A DNA stretch of 32,967 bases from a bacterium (lineage in GTDB: Bacteria > SZUA-182 > DTGQ01 > JAFGSM01): NCBI GenBank assembly GCA_049472335.1, contig JBLIRO010000058.1, positions 1-32,967 on the forward strand, written 5' to 3'. The position numbers and the translations under genes were made by a program. The notes beneath the pieces were generated by a model. It was not told the DNA's origin. It did not search any database and saw only the letters and a program-made list of their open reading frames with translations. Below are positions 17,899 through 27,337 of this stretch, piece by piece. Within the stretch, counting starts at the first letter, position 1; the number at the start of each line of letters is the position of its first letter.

Positions 17899-18723
17899 TT
17901 GGATAAGAAGGATATCGATATCAGAATATTAAAAGAGACCGCCCGCAGTTTTAGAAAAGAGATCCTGGAAATGATAACCGAAGCAGGAAGCGGCCATCCC
18001 GGAGGTTCTTTATCAGCGGTGGAGATTCTAATCACACTTTATTATTATAAGATGAGGCATAGACCCGATAATCCGTGTTGGCCGATGAGAGACAGATTTA
18101 TCATGTCCAAAGGACACGCCAGTCCCGTTGTATATGTGACCCTTGCCAATTGCGGATACTTCCCCAGGGAGGAGCTAAAGACATTTCGTAAATTAGGCAG
18201 TCGTTTGCAGGGCCATGTTCATACAGGTGTACCGGGAGTCGAGCTTTCTACAGGCTCATTGGGCCAGGGGCTTTCTGTGGCAAATGGAATCGCTTTAGGG
18301 GCCAAGGTGAGAAAAGCAGGTTTTAATATCTATTGTGTGCTGGGTGACGGTGAGATTCAGGAGGGCCAGATATGGGAAGCGGCAATGACTGCGCCACATC
18401 ATAAGCTGGACAATATATGCGCCATCCTGGATTGGAATGAGATTCAGGAAAACGGACCGGTAGCTGAAATTAAAAATGAAGAGCCGCTGGCAGATAAATG
18501 GCGAAGTTTTGGCTGGTATGTGAAAGAGGTGGATGGGCACAGTTTTGAGGAGCTGATCTGCGCCTTTGATGAATTTGATGATGTTAAAGGTCAACCTATG
18601 GTTATCTTGGCTCATACAGTCAAAGGAAAAGGGATATCTTTTATGGAGCATCAGGCAAAATGGCACGGGAAGGCACCCAAAAAAGAAGAACTGGAAACAG
18701 CCCTTAAAGAATTGGGATTTTGA
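17899..18723 (+). CDS. tkt: Transketolase, N-terminal (TPP-binding) subunit
   Basis: SGHPGGSLS, RDRFIMSKGH, LQGH, STGSLGQG, GDGEIQEGQIWEA, HTVKGKG, WHGKAP; TTG start after AAGGA. Confidence 0.93.
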   Translation: MDKKDIDIRILKETARSFRKEILEMITEAGSGHPGGSLSAVEILITLYYYKMRHRPDNPCWPMRDRFIMSKGHASPVVYVTLANCGYFPREELKTFRKLGSRLQGHVHTGVPGVELSTGSLGQGLSVANGIALGAKVRKAGFNIYCVLGDGEIQEGQIWEAAMTAPHHKLDNICAILDWNEIQENGPVAEIKNEEPLADKWRSFGWYVKEVDGHSFEELICAFDEFDDVKGQPMVILAHTVKGKGISFMEHQAKWHGKAPKKEELETALKELGF

Positions 18724-18745
18724 ATATAAAAAAAGGAAAAATATA

Positions 18746-19684
18746 ATGTGGGATATGAAGGCTACAAGGGATGCCTTTGGGGAAGCGCTTGTAGAATTAG
18801 GCAGAAAAAACAGGAAAATTGTTGTCCTTTCCGGCGATTTGGAGGATTCTACCCGCGCTGAGTACTTCAAAAAGGAATTTCCCAACAGGTTTTTTAATTT
18901 GGGGATCGCGGAGCAGGACATTTTAGGTACGGCAGTTGGCATGAGTCTGGATGGTCTTGTGCCCTTTACATCTTCTTTTGCTGTATTTCTGACCAATAGG
19001 GCCTATGGTATCCTAAGAATTTCCATTTGTTATAATAAAAGAAACGTGAAGGTCATAGGCTCTCACGCAGGGCTCACTGTTGGGGAAGACGGAGCAACCG
19101 CCCAGTGTCTGGAGGATTTTGCGATTACACGTGTCTTACCCAACCTTATTGTACTCAGCCCGGCTGATGCTGTTGAAACCAAAAAGGCGACAAGGGCTAT
19201 GGCAGAAATATCCGGGCCTGTATATATGAGAGTCGGACGATATCCCTACCCTGTAATTACAAAGGAATCGGATCCCTTTATTATCGGTAAAGCCAATGTG
19301 ATTAGGGAAGGGAAAGATGTCACAATCATTGCCTGCGGCCTTATGGTTTCTGAATCATTAATGGCATCGAAAATCCTTGCCGGTGAAGGTATTGAATCAA
19401 GGGTTATTAATATGCACACTATAAAACCCATTGATTCGGATATCATTGTAAAATGCGCAAAAGATACGCATTCCATTGTTACTGCCGAGGAGCATCAGAT
19501 CAACGGAGGATTAGGGAGCGCCGTTGCCGAGGTTTTAGGGCAGAATTATCCTGTCCCTTTAGAAATGGTGGCAGTAAAAGATACATTTGGCGAGTCCGGT
19601 TCTCCGGAGGAGTTACTCAAAAAATATCATTTAAAAGATGTTGATATCGTGAATGCTGTTAAAAAGGTTATTAAAAGAAAATAA
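18746..19684 (+). CDS. tkt: Transketolase, C-terminal subunit
   Basis: ATRDAFGEAL, GIAEQD, HAGLTVGEDGATAQ, TIKPID, EEHQINGGLGSAV. Start moved to ATG 18746 (or 18755) because the longer ORF overlaps the N-terminal subunit gene. Confidence 0.93.
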   Translation: MWDMKATRDAFGEALVELGRKNRKIVVLSGDLEDSTRAEYFKKEFPNRFFNLGIAEQDILGTAVGMSLDGLVPFTSSFAVFLTNRAYGILRISICYNKRNVKVIGSHAGLTVGEDGATAQCLEDFAITRVLPNLIVLSPADAVETKKATRAMAEISGPVYMRVGRYPYPVITKESDPFIIGKANVIREGKDVTIIACGLMVSESLMASKILAGEGIESRVINMHTIKPIDSDIIVKCAKDTHSIVTAEEHQINGGLGSAVAEVLGQNYPVPLEMVAVKDTFGESGSPEELLKKYHLKDVDIVNAVKKVIKRK

Positions 19685-19696
19685 GAGGAGGACATA

Positions 19697-20827
19697 ATGA
19701 CAAGGAAAATTGCTGAGGAATTGGCCCTTTTTGGACAAAGTATCTGGCTGGACAATATCAATCGTTCTCTTATCGAGACCGGAAAGCTAAAAGAGATGAT
19801 TAATAAAGGATTAAGGGGTATGACATCCAATCCTACCATCTTTGATAAAGCAATCAGTAAAAGCAGTGAATATGATGGCAAAACAAGAGAGTTATGCAGG
19901 CAAAATAAATCCACGTTCCAGATTTATGATGATCTTACTATAAGGGATATTCAGGAAGCAGCAGACATCTTTAAACCGGTTTATGAGAGCACCCGGGGCA
20001 TGGATGGGTATGTGAGCCTGGAGATCAATCCTCAACTGGCATTAAAGACAAAAGAGACTATCGAAGAGGGAAAAAGGCTGCATAAAAAGGTTGACCGCCC
20101 GAATGTAATGTTCAAGGTCCCCTCGACCGATGCGGGATTTGAGGCGATTGAAGAACTCCTGGCTTCCGGAATAAATGTCAATATCACCCTCATATTCTCT
20201 CTGGAACAATATAAAAAAACAGCTCAAGCCTTTTTAAGGGGCTTGAAAAGACTATCCGAGGCTTCAGAAGATCTAAGTAGAATCGGATCTGTAGCAAGTG
20301 TTTTTGTGAGCCGTATCGACACAGTTGTGGATAGGGAGCTTGATGAGCTTATAAAAAAGACGAGTAATGGATCAAGAAAAAGCGCTCTTGGAGCCTTAAA
20401 AGGAAAAGCTGCAGTCGCGAATTCTAAAAGGATTTTTCAAGAGTATCTTAAAATCTTTTCCGGAAAAGAATTTCAGGCACTAAAGGAAAAAGGGGCAAAG
20501 CTCCAAAGAGTGCTATGGGGTTCTACCAGTACCAAAAATCCGGCTTATAGTGATATTAAATATGTATCGGAGCTTATAGGTAAAGATACTATTAATACCC
20601 TGCCGGACAATACATTTGAAGCATTTTTGGACCACGGCACAATTCATGAAGCATTAACGTCTGATGATCAAACCGCTCAATCCGTGATTGATAATCTGAA
20701 AGATTTTGGTATTGACATAGATGCGGTTTGTAATAAGTTACTCGATGACGGAGTGGCTGCCTTTGAGAAATCCTTCCTGTCACTTTTAGATTCCATAGAA
20801 CAAAAAGCAAAAATGTTAAGGGAATAA
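19697..20827 (+). CDS. tal: Transaldolase
   Basis: GQSIWLD, GMTSNPTIF, GYVSLEINP, Schiff-base Lys in MFKVP, NVNITLIFS, SVASVFVSRID, LWGSTSTKNP; GAGGAGG RBS. Confidence 0.95.
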   Translation: MTRKIAEELALFGQSIWLDNINRSLIETGKLKEMINKGLRGMTSNPTIFDKAISKSSEYDGKTRELCRQNKSTFQIYDDLTIRDIQEAADIFKPVYESTRGMDGYVSLEINPQLALKTKETIEEGKRLHKKVDRPNVMFKVPSTDAGFEAIEELLASGINVNITLIFSLEQYKKTAQAFLRGLKRLSEASEDLSRIGSVASVFVSRIDTVVDRELDELIKKTSNGSRKSALGALKGKAAVANSKRIFQEYLKIFSGKEFQALKEKGAKLQRVLWGSTSTKNPAYSDIKYVSELIGKDTINTLPDNTFEAFLDHGTIHEALTSDDQTAQSVIDNLKDFGIDIDAVCNKLLDDGVAAFEKSFLSLLDSIEQKAKMLRE

Positions 20828-21240
20828 ATAATATATAAATAAAATAGATGACCGCCACAACAAAGATTTGCTATTTTATTATAATTAAGTTATAATTATT
20901 ATAAATCTATGCACTTGATTCAATATCAATTTGATGCATATTACTATGTAAAATATTTAAGTTATTATATATATCATTTTATCAGTTATTAAAAATCAAG
21001 ATGTGAAACACAATTTAAAGGGGTTAAGTGCATAGTAGAAATTTATAATAATATCAATAGACAATAATTCTCCATATTAAATAAGGCTTACATTATCAAA
21101 AAGGTATATTCCAAAAGTCATCAAATAATCATAGCTTCACTGTTTACCTGATAAAAAATCCTTGACAAATCAAAACATTCATAATCATGGAGGACATTAG
21201 ATTTACAAACTTCGTATAATTTAGATTGCTTTGTTTTAAT

Positions 21241-21256
21241 TGGCTCATTTCTTGCA
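21241..21256 (+). promoter_or_regulatory. Sigma54 (-24/-12) promoter candidate upstream of the cold-shock gene
   Basis: TGGCTC-ATTTC-TTGCA has exact GG-N10-GC spacing; about 200 nt upstream of the csp start, with AT-rich DNA further upstream. Confidence 0.55.
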
Positions 21257-21461
21257 TTTGGACATGCATTCAAAGCTTTTACAATTGGTTGCAATTTTAA
21301 AAGCTTTTAGGCAGGAGGTAAGATCCAAGATTTACTGACAGTCGTTTTATTAGCAACACAGAATTATTTGCAATAAAAAGTTTCCGCAACAAAGAAATTT
21401 TCTGAGCTAGTTTAGAACGCTCTGTCGAAAGAAATCTTGAAAGGAAAGGAGGTGTTTTGTT

Positions 21462-21674
21462 TTGGCAGAGCGTGAAACTGGCACTGTTAAGTGGTTTAAC
21501 TCTGAAAAGGGTTATGGTTTTATAACGAGAGATAACGGGCCAGATGTGTTTGTTCATTATAGCGGTATTAGCGGAACGGGTTATCGTACTTTACAGGAGC
21601 ATCAGAAGGTAGAATTTACCATTACACAAGGACAAAAAGGTCCTCAAGCACAGGATGTAACTATCATTCAATAA
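21462..21674 (+). CDS. csp: Cold-shock protein (CspA family)
   Basis: [15 protein letters not shown] (RNP1), DVFVHYS (RNP2), GQKGPQA; TTG start after GGAGG. Confidence 0.95.
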   Translation: MAERETGTVKWFNSEKGYGFITRDNGPDVFVHYSGISGTGYRTLQEHQKVEFTITQGQKGPQAQDVTIIQ

Positions 21675-21825
21675 ATGATGTAAAGTAAATAAAAACACTT
21701 CCACAAAAACCTCCCTATAATAGGCTTTTTTTGACATACCGAATTATTATGGGATATACTTTTTTTATTCTGTCATTCATATTGTGTCCTATACCTTTAG
21801 GAAACTGAAATCAAGGAGAAGGTTT

Positions 21826-22656
21826 ATGTGGGATTATTCAGATAAGGTTAAGGAACATTTCCTTAATCCCAGAAATGTAGGAGAGATTGAAAATCCTGAT
21901 GGCGAAGCCATGGTTGGTTCCATTGCTTGCGGAGACGCGCTTAAACTTACCTTCAAACTGGATGAAAGCGGAAAAATCAAAGACGCCAAATTCAAAACCT
22001 TTGGATGTGCAAGCGCCATTGCCTCAGCTTCTGCTCTTACCGAAATAATCAAAGGCAAAACGATCGAGGAGGTCGAAAAGATAACAAATCAGGATATCGT
22101 TGATTTTCTTGGAGGGCTTCCGGAGCAAAAGATGCACTGTTCAGTTCTGGGCCGTCAGGCCCTTGAGCAGGCTATTGCCAATTACAAGGGTGCCAGCTTC
22201 TCAAAGGAAAAAGAGGAAGGTAAAGTAATATGTGAATGCTTTGGTGTTACAGATACTGAAATCGAAAGGGCTATAAGGGAAAATAACCTCAACACGGTTG
22301 AAGAGGTAACTAATTATACCAAGGCCGGGGGTGGCTGCGGTAATTGTCATGAAGCCATCGAAAAGATAATTACAGTTGTGAGAGCCAAACCAGAACCAAC
22401 ATCAACTCCGAAACTAACAAATATACAAAAAATAAGAATGATCGAAGAAACGATAGAGCGTGAAATCAGGCCTGCATTGCAGAGAGACGGGGGAGATGTT
22501 GAACTGATTGATGTGGTGGAAAACAGGGTTTTAGTTGCTAAACGGGGAGCATGTTCTTTTTGTAAGGCATCTGAGCAAACACTTAAAAATTTTGTGGAAG
22601 TTAAGCTGCGTGAATTGGTTTCTCCTGACTTAAGGGTTGAGGAGGTTTCCCGATGA
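21826..22656 (+). CDS. nifU: Fe-S cluster scaffold NifU (IscU + [2Fe-2S] + Nfu domains)
   Basis: MWDYSDKVKEHFLNPRN, ACGD, FGCASA, KMHCS; CECFGV...GGGCGNC; IRPALQRDGGD...GACSFC. ATG 21826 follows AGGAG. Confidence 0.95.
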   Translation: MWDYSDKVKEHFLNPRNVGEIENPDGEAMVGSIACGDALKLTFKLDESGKIKDAKFKTFGCASAIASASALTEIIKGKTIEEVEKITNQDIVDFLGGLPEQKMHCSVLGRQALEQAIANYKGASFSKEKEEGKVICECFGVTDTEIERAIRENNLNTVEEVTNYTKAGGGCGNCHEAIEKIITVVRAKPEPTSTPKLTNIQKIRMIEETIEREIRPALQRDGGDVELIDVVENRVLVAKRGACSFCKASEQTLKNFVEVKLRELVSPDLRVEEVSR

Positions 22657-23849
22657 AAACGATTTATCTCGATAATAATGCAACCACACAGGTGGCTCCT
22701 GAAGTTATGGAAGTCATGCTTCCCTATTTTTGTGAGCTTTATGGAAATCCCTCCAGCATGCATTCTTTTGGAGGCCAGGTATCCAAGAAAATCCGGGAAG
22801 CCCGTGGGGAAGTAGCAGCACTAATAGGTGCAAAACCTGACGAGATTCTTTTTACCAGTTGTGGTACTGAGAGTGATAATACAGCCATCCGATCTGCGTT
22901 GGAAGTTCAGCCCGATAAACGGCATATTGTGACGAGCAGGGTTGAACATCCAGCGGTCAAATCCCTTTGCACTTATCTTTCAACCCAGGGATATCATGTA
23001 ACTTATATACCTGTGGACACAGAGGGCCGTCTTGATATGAATCGCTACAAGGAGAGTCTGACACCGGATACCGCCATTGTAAGCCTTATGTGGGCTAATA
23101 ATGAAACCGGGGTCATATTTCCGGTAGAAAAGGCCTCTGAATTAGCCAGGGAAAGAGGAATTCTATTCCATACGGATGCAGTTCAAGCGGTTGGGAAAAT
23201 CCCTATCAACATGGGAAAAAACACGATTGATATGCTCTCTGTGTCCGGTCACAAATTGCATGCATCCAAAGGTATCGGGGTGCTCTATCTGCGAAGGGGA
23301 ACCAAGTTTTCGCCTTTTATGATCGGAGGCCACCAGGAAAATAATCGCCGCAGCGGCACTGAAAATACGCCCGGTATAATCGGACTCGGCAAGGCATGTG
23401 AACTGGCAAACCTCAAAATGGAGGAGGAAAATACAAGGGTAAAAAACCTAAGGGATGAATTACAAAACAAAATCCTGCTCACAGTCCCTAATTCACGCAT
23501 AAACGGCGATTGCGAAAATCGTCTTCCCAATACAACAAACATTAGTTTTGAATTTGTAGAGGGGGAAGCAATACTTTTGATGCTCAATGAATACGGTATA
23601 TGTGCTTCTTCGGGTTCTGCCTGCACTTCGGGTTCACTCCAGCCTTCTCATGTGCTCCACGCCATGGGGGTTCCCTTTACCATGGCTCATGGTTCAGTTC
23701 GGTTCAGCTTAAGCGTTTACAATACTGAAGAGGAAATCGATTTTGTCATTGAAAAATTTCCACCGATTATTGAAAAACTCCGAAGCTTTTCTCCTTACTG
23801 GTTAAAAGAGCAATTGACGACATGCAGGAGTAGTTATTCAATGGAATAA
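22653..23849 (+). CDS. nifS: Cysteine desulfurase NifS
   Basis: YLDNNATT, YGNPSS, HTDAVQ, SGHK (PLP Lys), SSGSACTS; ATGA overlap with nifU. Confidence 0.95.
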   Translation: MKTIYLDNNATTQVAPEVMEVMLPYFCELYGNPSSMHSFGGQVSKKIREARGEVAALIGAKPDEILFTSCGTESDNTAIRSALEVQPDKRHIVTSRVEHPAVKSLCTYLSTQGYHVTYIPVDTEGRLDMNRYKESLTPDTAIVSLMWANNETGVIFPVEKASELARERGILFHTDAVQAVGKIPINMGKNTIDMLSVSGHKLHASKGIGVLYLRRGTKFSPFMIGGHQENNRRSGTENTPGIIGLGKACELANLKMEEENTRVKNLRDELQNKILLTVPNSRINGDCENRLPNTTNISFEFVEGEAILLMLNEYGICASSGSACTSGSLQPSHVLHAMGVPFTMAHGSVRFSLSVYNTEEEIDFVIEKFPPIIEKLRSFSPYWLKEQLTTCRSSYSME

Positions 23850-23912
23850 AATAAAGATCCGAAGATCCTATTTCTTCCATTTTAAACAAGGGGATACTAT
23901 AGCCAAAGATTC

Positions 23913-24779
23913 CTATATCACAACAGGATTAAGGGTCAAATTAAATATCCCTTCATCGCTGATTGGAAGGGTCATTCCCCCTACACCTAATACGGTATAA
24001 AAGCCATTCATTGTAGTCGGTGAAGTCAAGTAACATATAAGTTGAAGATCATATCCGACCAAAGGGCTCCCTTCCAATGTAATAACATTGTTTACGATAA
24101 CTCCGGCTACTTCTGTCAGAACACTGGCAAAACGGCTGCCCTGAAGTATAGTCGTTCCAGCAACTACCCCCAGCAAAGGATCTTCAACAATGTTTAATAC
24201 CATTGGCCCATTGTTAAACAGGATAGGGAAAGCTACAAATGTACTTGTCCAAGTCCCTGTCCAAGTCCCTGTTTGTGCAGCAGTCCGGAATTGAGAAATT
24301 ACCCCCAAAGGGGCTGAGACACCTGAGGTGATGCCGGTCAGTGGAGACAATGCTAAAGGATTAGGATAATTAAGACCAAATAGAGGAAGGCTCCCTAATG
24401 GATTGTTAAGCCCAAGGCTTAAGCCTCCGAGACTTAAAGCCAGATTCCCAAAGGTTAAAGTTGAATTACCAAAACCCAAAACCGGATTAAAGGAACTATT
24501 GCCTAATTGTGTAAGGGACCCAAGAAGGTTACCCAGTCCAAAAGTATCGAAACTGGGAGGTGTAAACAGAACCAGAGGATTCGATGCAGCAGCAGCATTT
24601 ATATTACTACTTGGCCAAAACACATAGGGATTAAAAAAGCCTCCATATCCTATTGCTAAATTGGGAGGGGCAATAGTGAATCCTGAGAACTGGCTATTTA
24701 CAGGAGAAGCTGCTAAAATTCCCATACAAAGAAAAAAACAAAGCAGAATAAAACATGCTGAATAAAATCTCTTTTTCAT
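23913..24779 (-). CDS. Secreted protein: Pro/Gly/Leu/Phe-rich N-region, RTAAQ motif, beta-rich C-domain; paralog of 30389-31273
   Basis: SD GAGGTGA before ATG 24779; signal peptide VNS|QFS; near-identical blocks shared with 30389-31273. Confidence 0.8.
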   Translation of the reverse strand: MKKRFYSACFILLCFFLCMGILAASPVNSQFSGFTIAPPNLAIGYGGFFNPYVFWPSSNINAAAASNPLVLFTPPSFDTFGLGNLLGSLTQLGNSSFNPVLGFGNSTLTFGNLALSLGGLSLGLNNPLGSLPLFGLNYPNPLALSPLTGITSGVSAPLGVISQFRTAAQTGTWTGTWTSTFVAFPILFNNGPMVLNIVEDPLLGVVAGTTILQGSRFASVLTEVAGVIVNNVITLEGSPLVGYDLQLICYLTSPTTMNGFYTVLGVGGMTLPISDEGIFNLTLNPVVI

Positions 24780-25155
24780 TGGTATCACCTCATAAAATCA
24801 ATTAGTTAAGCTCCACTTCCAAATCTTTAAATACTTTCCCACTCAAAATATATCCCTTTATAAAAAAATATAAATATGGTTTGAAGCTCGGGATTAAGAA
24901 GTGGATTGACAATAATTAATGAACTCTCTTATGAATGAGATAGGTATAAGGTCCATTTTCAGCCAAATAGATTGAGTTTTTGACCTGTCTTTTAAAACTA
25001 TTTCTTGCTATAATTCTTTTAACGATATCACCTCCGACTTGGAATAAAGATATTAAATCTAATTTTTATAGGGTTTAATCGATATTGGATTAAGGAAATA
25101 TTATTGTAAATATCTTGAATACATTTCTCATGCATTATTGTATAGATTTTAAATA

Positions 25156-25171
25156 TGCAATAGAGGTGCCA
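25156..25171 (-). promoter_or_regulatory. Consensus sigma54 promoter pointing toward the 24779 secreted-protein gene
   Basis: Minus strand TGGCAC-CTCTA-TTGCA is a perfect TGGCAC-N5-TTGC(A/T) match. Confidence 0.7.
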
Positions 25172-25332
25172 AAATATATAAAACAATAAATGCATTTAAT
25201 TCAAATAGTTATAAAAATCTGAGATGACTGTTTAGATATATTGCTAAAGCATTTGTCAAATATTATTATTAAAAGTTAATAAATCATATTTAACTGCTTA
25301 AAATTAAATTTGGTTTGGAGGGAAAAAAACCC

Positions 25333-26184
25333 ATGGAAAAACAAGCATTGATTGGTATGTTAAACAGAGACCTTGCGGATGAGCATGCCGCTATTATACG
25401 TTATCTTGTACACGGCTGGATGGAAGGCGAAGATACTCCCTTAGGTTCCAGTCTCATTTCCATCTCCAGGGAAGAAATGTGGCATATGCACTGGCTTGGC
25501 ATGATCATAAGTGAATTGGGGGGCGAGCCAAACTTTACACCAGCCCCATACCCCTATGATCCAACAAGTAGGGAGACGATTCTAAAGTCCTATATTAAGT
25601 ATGAGGAGAACCTGATCCCTCATTATAATGGAGAAGCCGAAAAAGTAGATGATCCCCATATCAAGCGAGTTCTTAAAAGAGAGGCATGGGAATCACAGGG
25701 CCATGCCAGAAAGTTTTCAAGAAAATTGGGGAAATTGAGCCACGAAGAAAAGGCAGGCCAACCTGGGCAAGATAGTGAATTGCCAGAGGAATTCCTGGGA
25801 AAAATGCAAGCAGAAGTCACAAGTAAATATACGGAGATGCTGCAGCATATTAGAACTTCATGGATTTTCCAAAAAAATGGAATCATTGGATGGAAGATTA
25901 TGGATCAAGCCATGAAAAAGATGAGACATCTCGCACATTTTTCCGAACCAATAGCTGAGGACGGTGTACCCCCTCAATTAAAGCCTGGACAAATAGTTAA
26001 AAATGATTCCATTGAAGCTGCCCTGAGAAAGGCAGTGAAAGATGTTAAGGAGGCTCAGGAACGTCATAGGAAAATGCAGGAAGACAACGAGGTAAAGAAA
26101 CATTCGGGACTTGTAATCAATCTGGACATGACTGTCCAGCAGGAAGAATATCAGAGAGCAGAAATCGAGGATTGGCAAAAATGA
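25333..26184 (+). CDS. Ferritin-like protein with tandem ferritin-like domains
   Basis: Domain 1: LNRDLADEHAAIIRY, EEMWH, ESQGH. Domain 2 degenerate: KYTEMLQH, KKMRH, EEYQ. ATG 25333 follows GGAGG. Confidence 0.8.
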   Translation: MEKQALIGMLNRDLADEHAAIIRYLVHGWMEGEDTPLGSSLISISREEMWHMHWLGMIISELGGEPNFTPAPYPYDPTSRETILKSYIKYEENLIPHYNGEAEKVDDPHIKRVLKREAWESQGHARKFSRKLGKLSHEEKAGQPGQDSELPEEFLGKMQAEVTSKYTEMLQHIRTSWIFQKNGIIGWKIMDQAMKKMRHLAHFSEPIAEDGVPPQLKPGQIVKNDSIEAALRKAVKDVKEAQERHRKMQEDNEVKKHSGLVINLDMTVQQEEYQRAEIEDWQK

Positions 26185-26195
26185 TTTGACTTTCA

Positions 26196-26245
26196 AATCA
26201 AGCAAGGCCTGAAATTTTAATATGACTCCAGGCCCATACTTGATT
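26196..26245. terminator. Hairpin between convergent genes
   Basis: AATCAAG..GGCCTG / CAGGCC..CTTGATT. Confidence 0.5.
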
Positions 26246-26252
26246 AAATGCC

Positions 26253-26786
26253 TTAAATGATTGGCAATAGAGCAGAAAGCCCTGTGGGTGCGCTCGTTAC
26301 AGGGGTTACAGGAGCTACAGAGCCAATTGTATTAACCTGTGTCTGAGGGGTTGTTCCACCAAGCCCTGTGAGCAAAGGCAAAAGCAGGAGAGCAGAAGGA
26401 GCAATGGCCGGTGCCACGGCAGTAGGAGCTACAACAGGTGCAACAGCAGCAGTCGGGGTTAAGGGAAGCACAGTAACCTGAATCACGGACAGGGTCGGAT
26501 TAAAAAAAATGGTTATTGTAGCTGCAGCTTGCCTGAAAGGCTGAGGCATCCTGATAGGAGAAAGAAGGGATAGCGCAGTTCTTGGTATAAGTGATGGTAG
26601 TGTATAAGGACCAAAGGGCGCGGGGTAGAGAAATGGTGAAAAGGAGAAATAAGGAGACGGCATATTGAAAAAAGGCGACAAAAATGGATTCTGCGGCGCA
26701 AAGCCAAAAGGAAACTGGGACTGTGCCGGTGTACTAAAACAAAAAATCATTAAAATTAATAATAAAAGAAAAAGATATTTTCTCAT
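26253..26786 (-). CDS. Secreted Pro/Ala/Thr-rich hydrophobic protein (Gln-start family)
   Basis: GAGGTGA SD; signal peptide AQS|QFP; FRQAAATITIF motif; no acidic residues. Confidence 0.75.
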   Translation of the reverse strand: MRKYLFLLLLILMIFCFSTPAQSQFPFGFAPQNPFLSPFFNMPSPYFSFSPFLYPAPFGPYTLPSLIPRTALSLLSPIRMPQPFRQAAATITIFFNPTLSVIQVTVLPLTPTAAVAPVVAPTAVAPAIAPSALLLLPLLTGLGGTTPQTQVNTIGSVAPVTPVTSAPTGLSALLPII

Positions 26787-26804
26787 AAAATCTCACCTCA
26801 TAAT

Positions 26805-27254
26805 TCATATAATGCCCAAGAAGGGTAATTGAAAGGTTGTGACTAATAGATTAAAAACCGTAGGATTTACTATCGAAGTTAATGTAGCAATATTGCTTGC
26901 TAAAAGGTTTGGATTAATAAGACCCAGAATCGCTGTCAGAGGAGCTGTTGTGATTGTTACAGTGGGGACAGTTAAAGTCACAGGCGCATTTCCTCTTCTC
27001 AACATTGGCTCCACCAGAAGAGGAGAAGAAATAGGGCTGGAAAAGAGTGGCATTGCTAAGGGTGTTCCCGGAAACATGGGATTTAAGAAAACGGGCTCCA
27101 TAGACCATAGAGGAAATACTGGTAAGAAAGGAGCCTGCTGAAATGTCCAAAAAGGATTGAATCTGGGATATTGTGCCTTTGCAGGCATTGGATATAAGAA
27201 TATAAAACTTATAAGCAAAAAAATCATCAACGAAATTATTGAAATTGGCCTCAT
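26805..27254 (-). CDS. Secreted Pro-rich hydrophobic protein (Gln-start family)
   Basis: AGGAGGAG SD; signal peptide AKA|QYP; LRRGNAPVTL motif. Confidence 0.75.
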   Translation of the reverse strand: MRPISIISLMIFLLISFIFLYPMPAKAQYPRFNPFWTFQQAPFLPVFPLWSMEPVFLNPMFPGTPLAMPLFSSPISSPLLVEPMLRRGNAPVTLTVPTVTITTAPLTAILGLINPNLLASNIATLTSIVNPTVFNLLVTTFQLPFLGII

Positions 27255-27337
27255 CTATTCATCTCCTCCTTTCAATACAATGTATCATATTACAAAGTAA
27301 ATTTGTTTTTTATTAAGCAGTCTATTTTTATAAATAG

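Noticed and set aside
18566..18745. Extended start of the transketolase C-subunit, or a frameshifted single tkt gene
   Set aside because: Two-subunit transketolases are common; both parts are complete and have their own stop/start, so the extension is just overlap.
18295..18996. 233-aa minus-strand ORF and other antisense ORFs (e.g. 11421-12056, 3688-4140, 30789-31115)
   Set aside because: They are shadow frames of well-supported genes on the opposite strand, with no motifs or RBS.
21826..23849. nifU-nifS as evidence of nitrogen fixation
   Set aside because: No nifHDK here; NifUS serves as the general Fe-S assembly system in many anaerobes.
24247..24272. 12-bp tandem repeat GTCC(A/C)(A/G)GTCCCT-like, also near 30714-30739
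   Set aside because: It simply encodes TGTWTGTW; not a CRISPR or mobile repeat.
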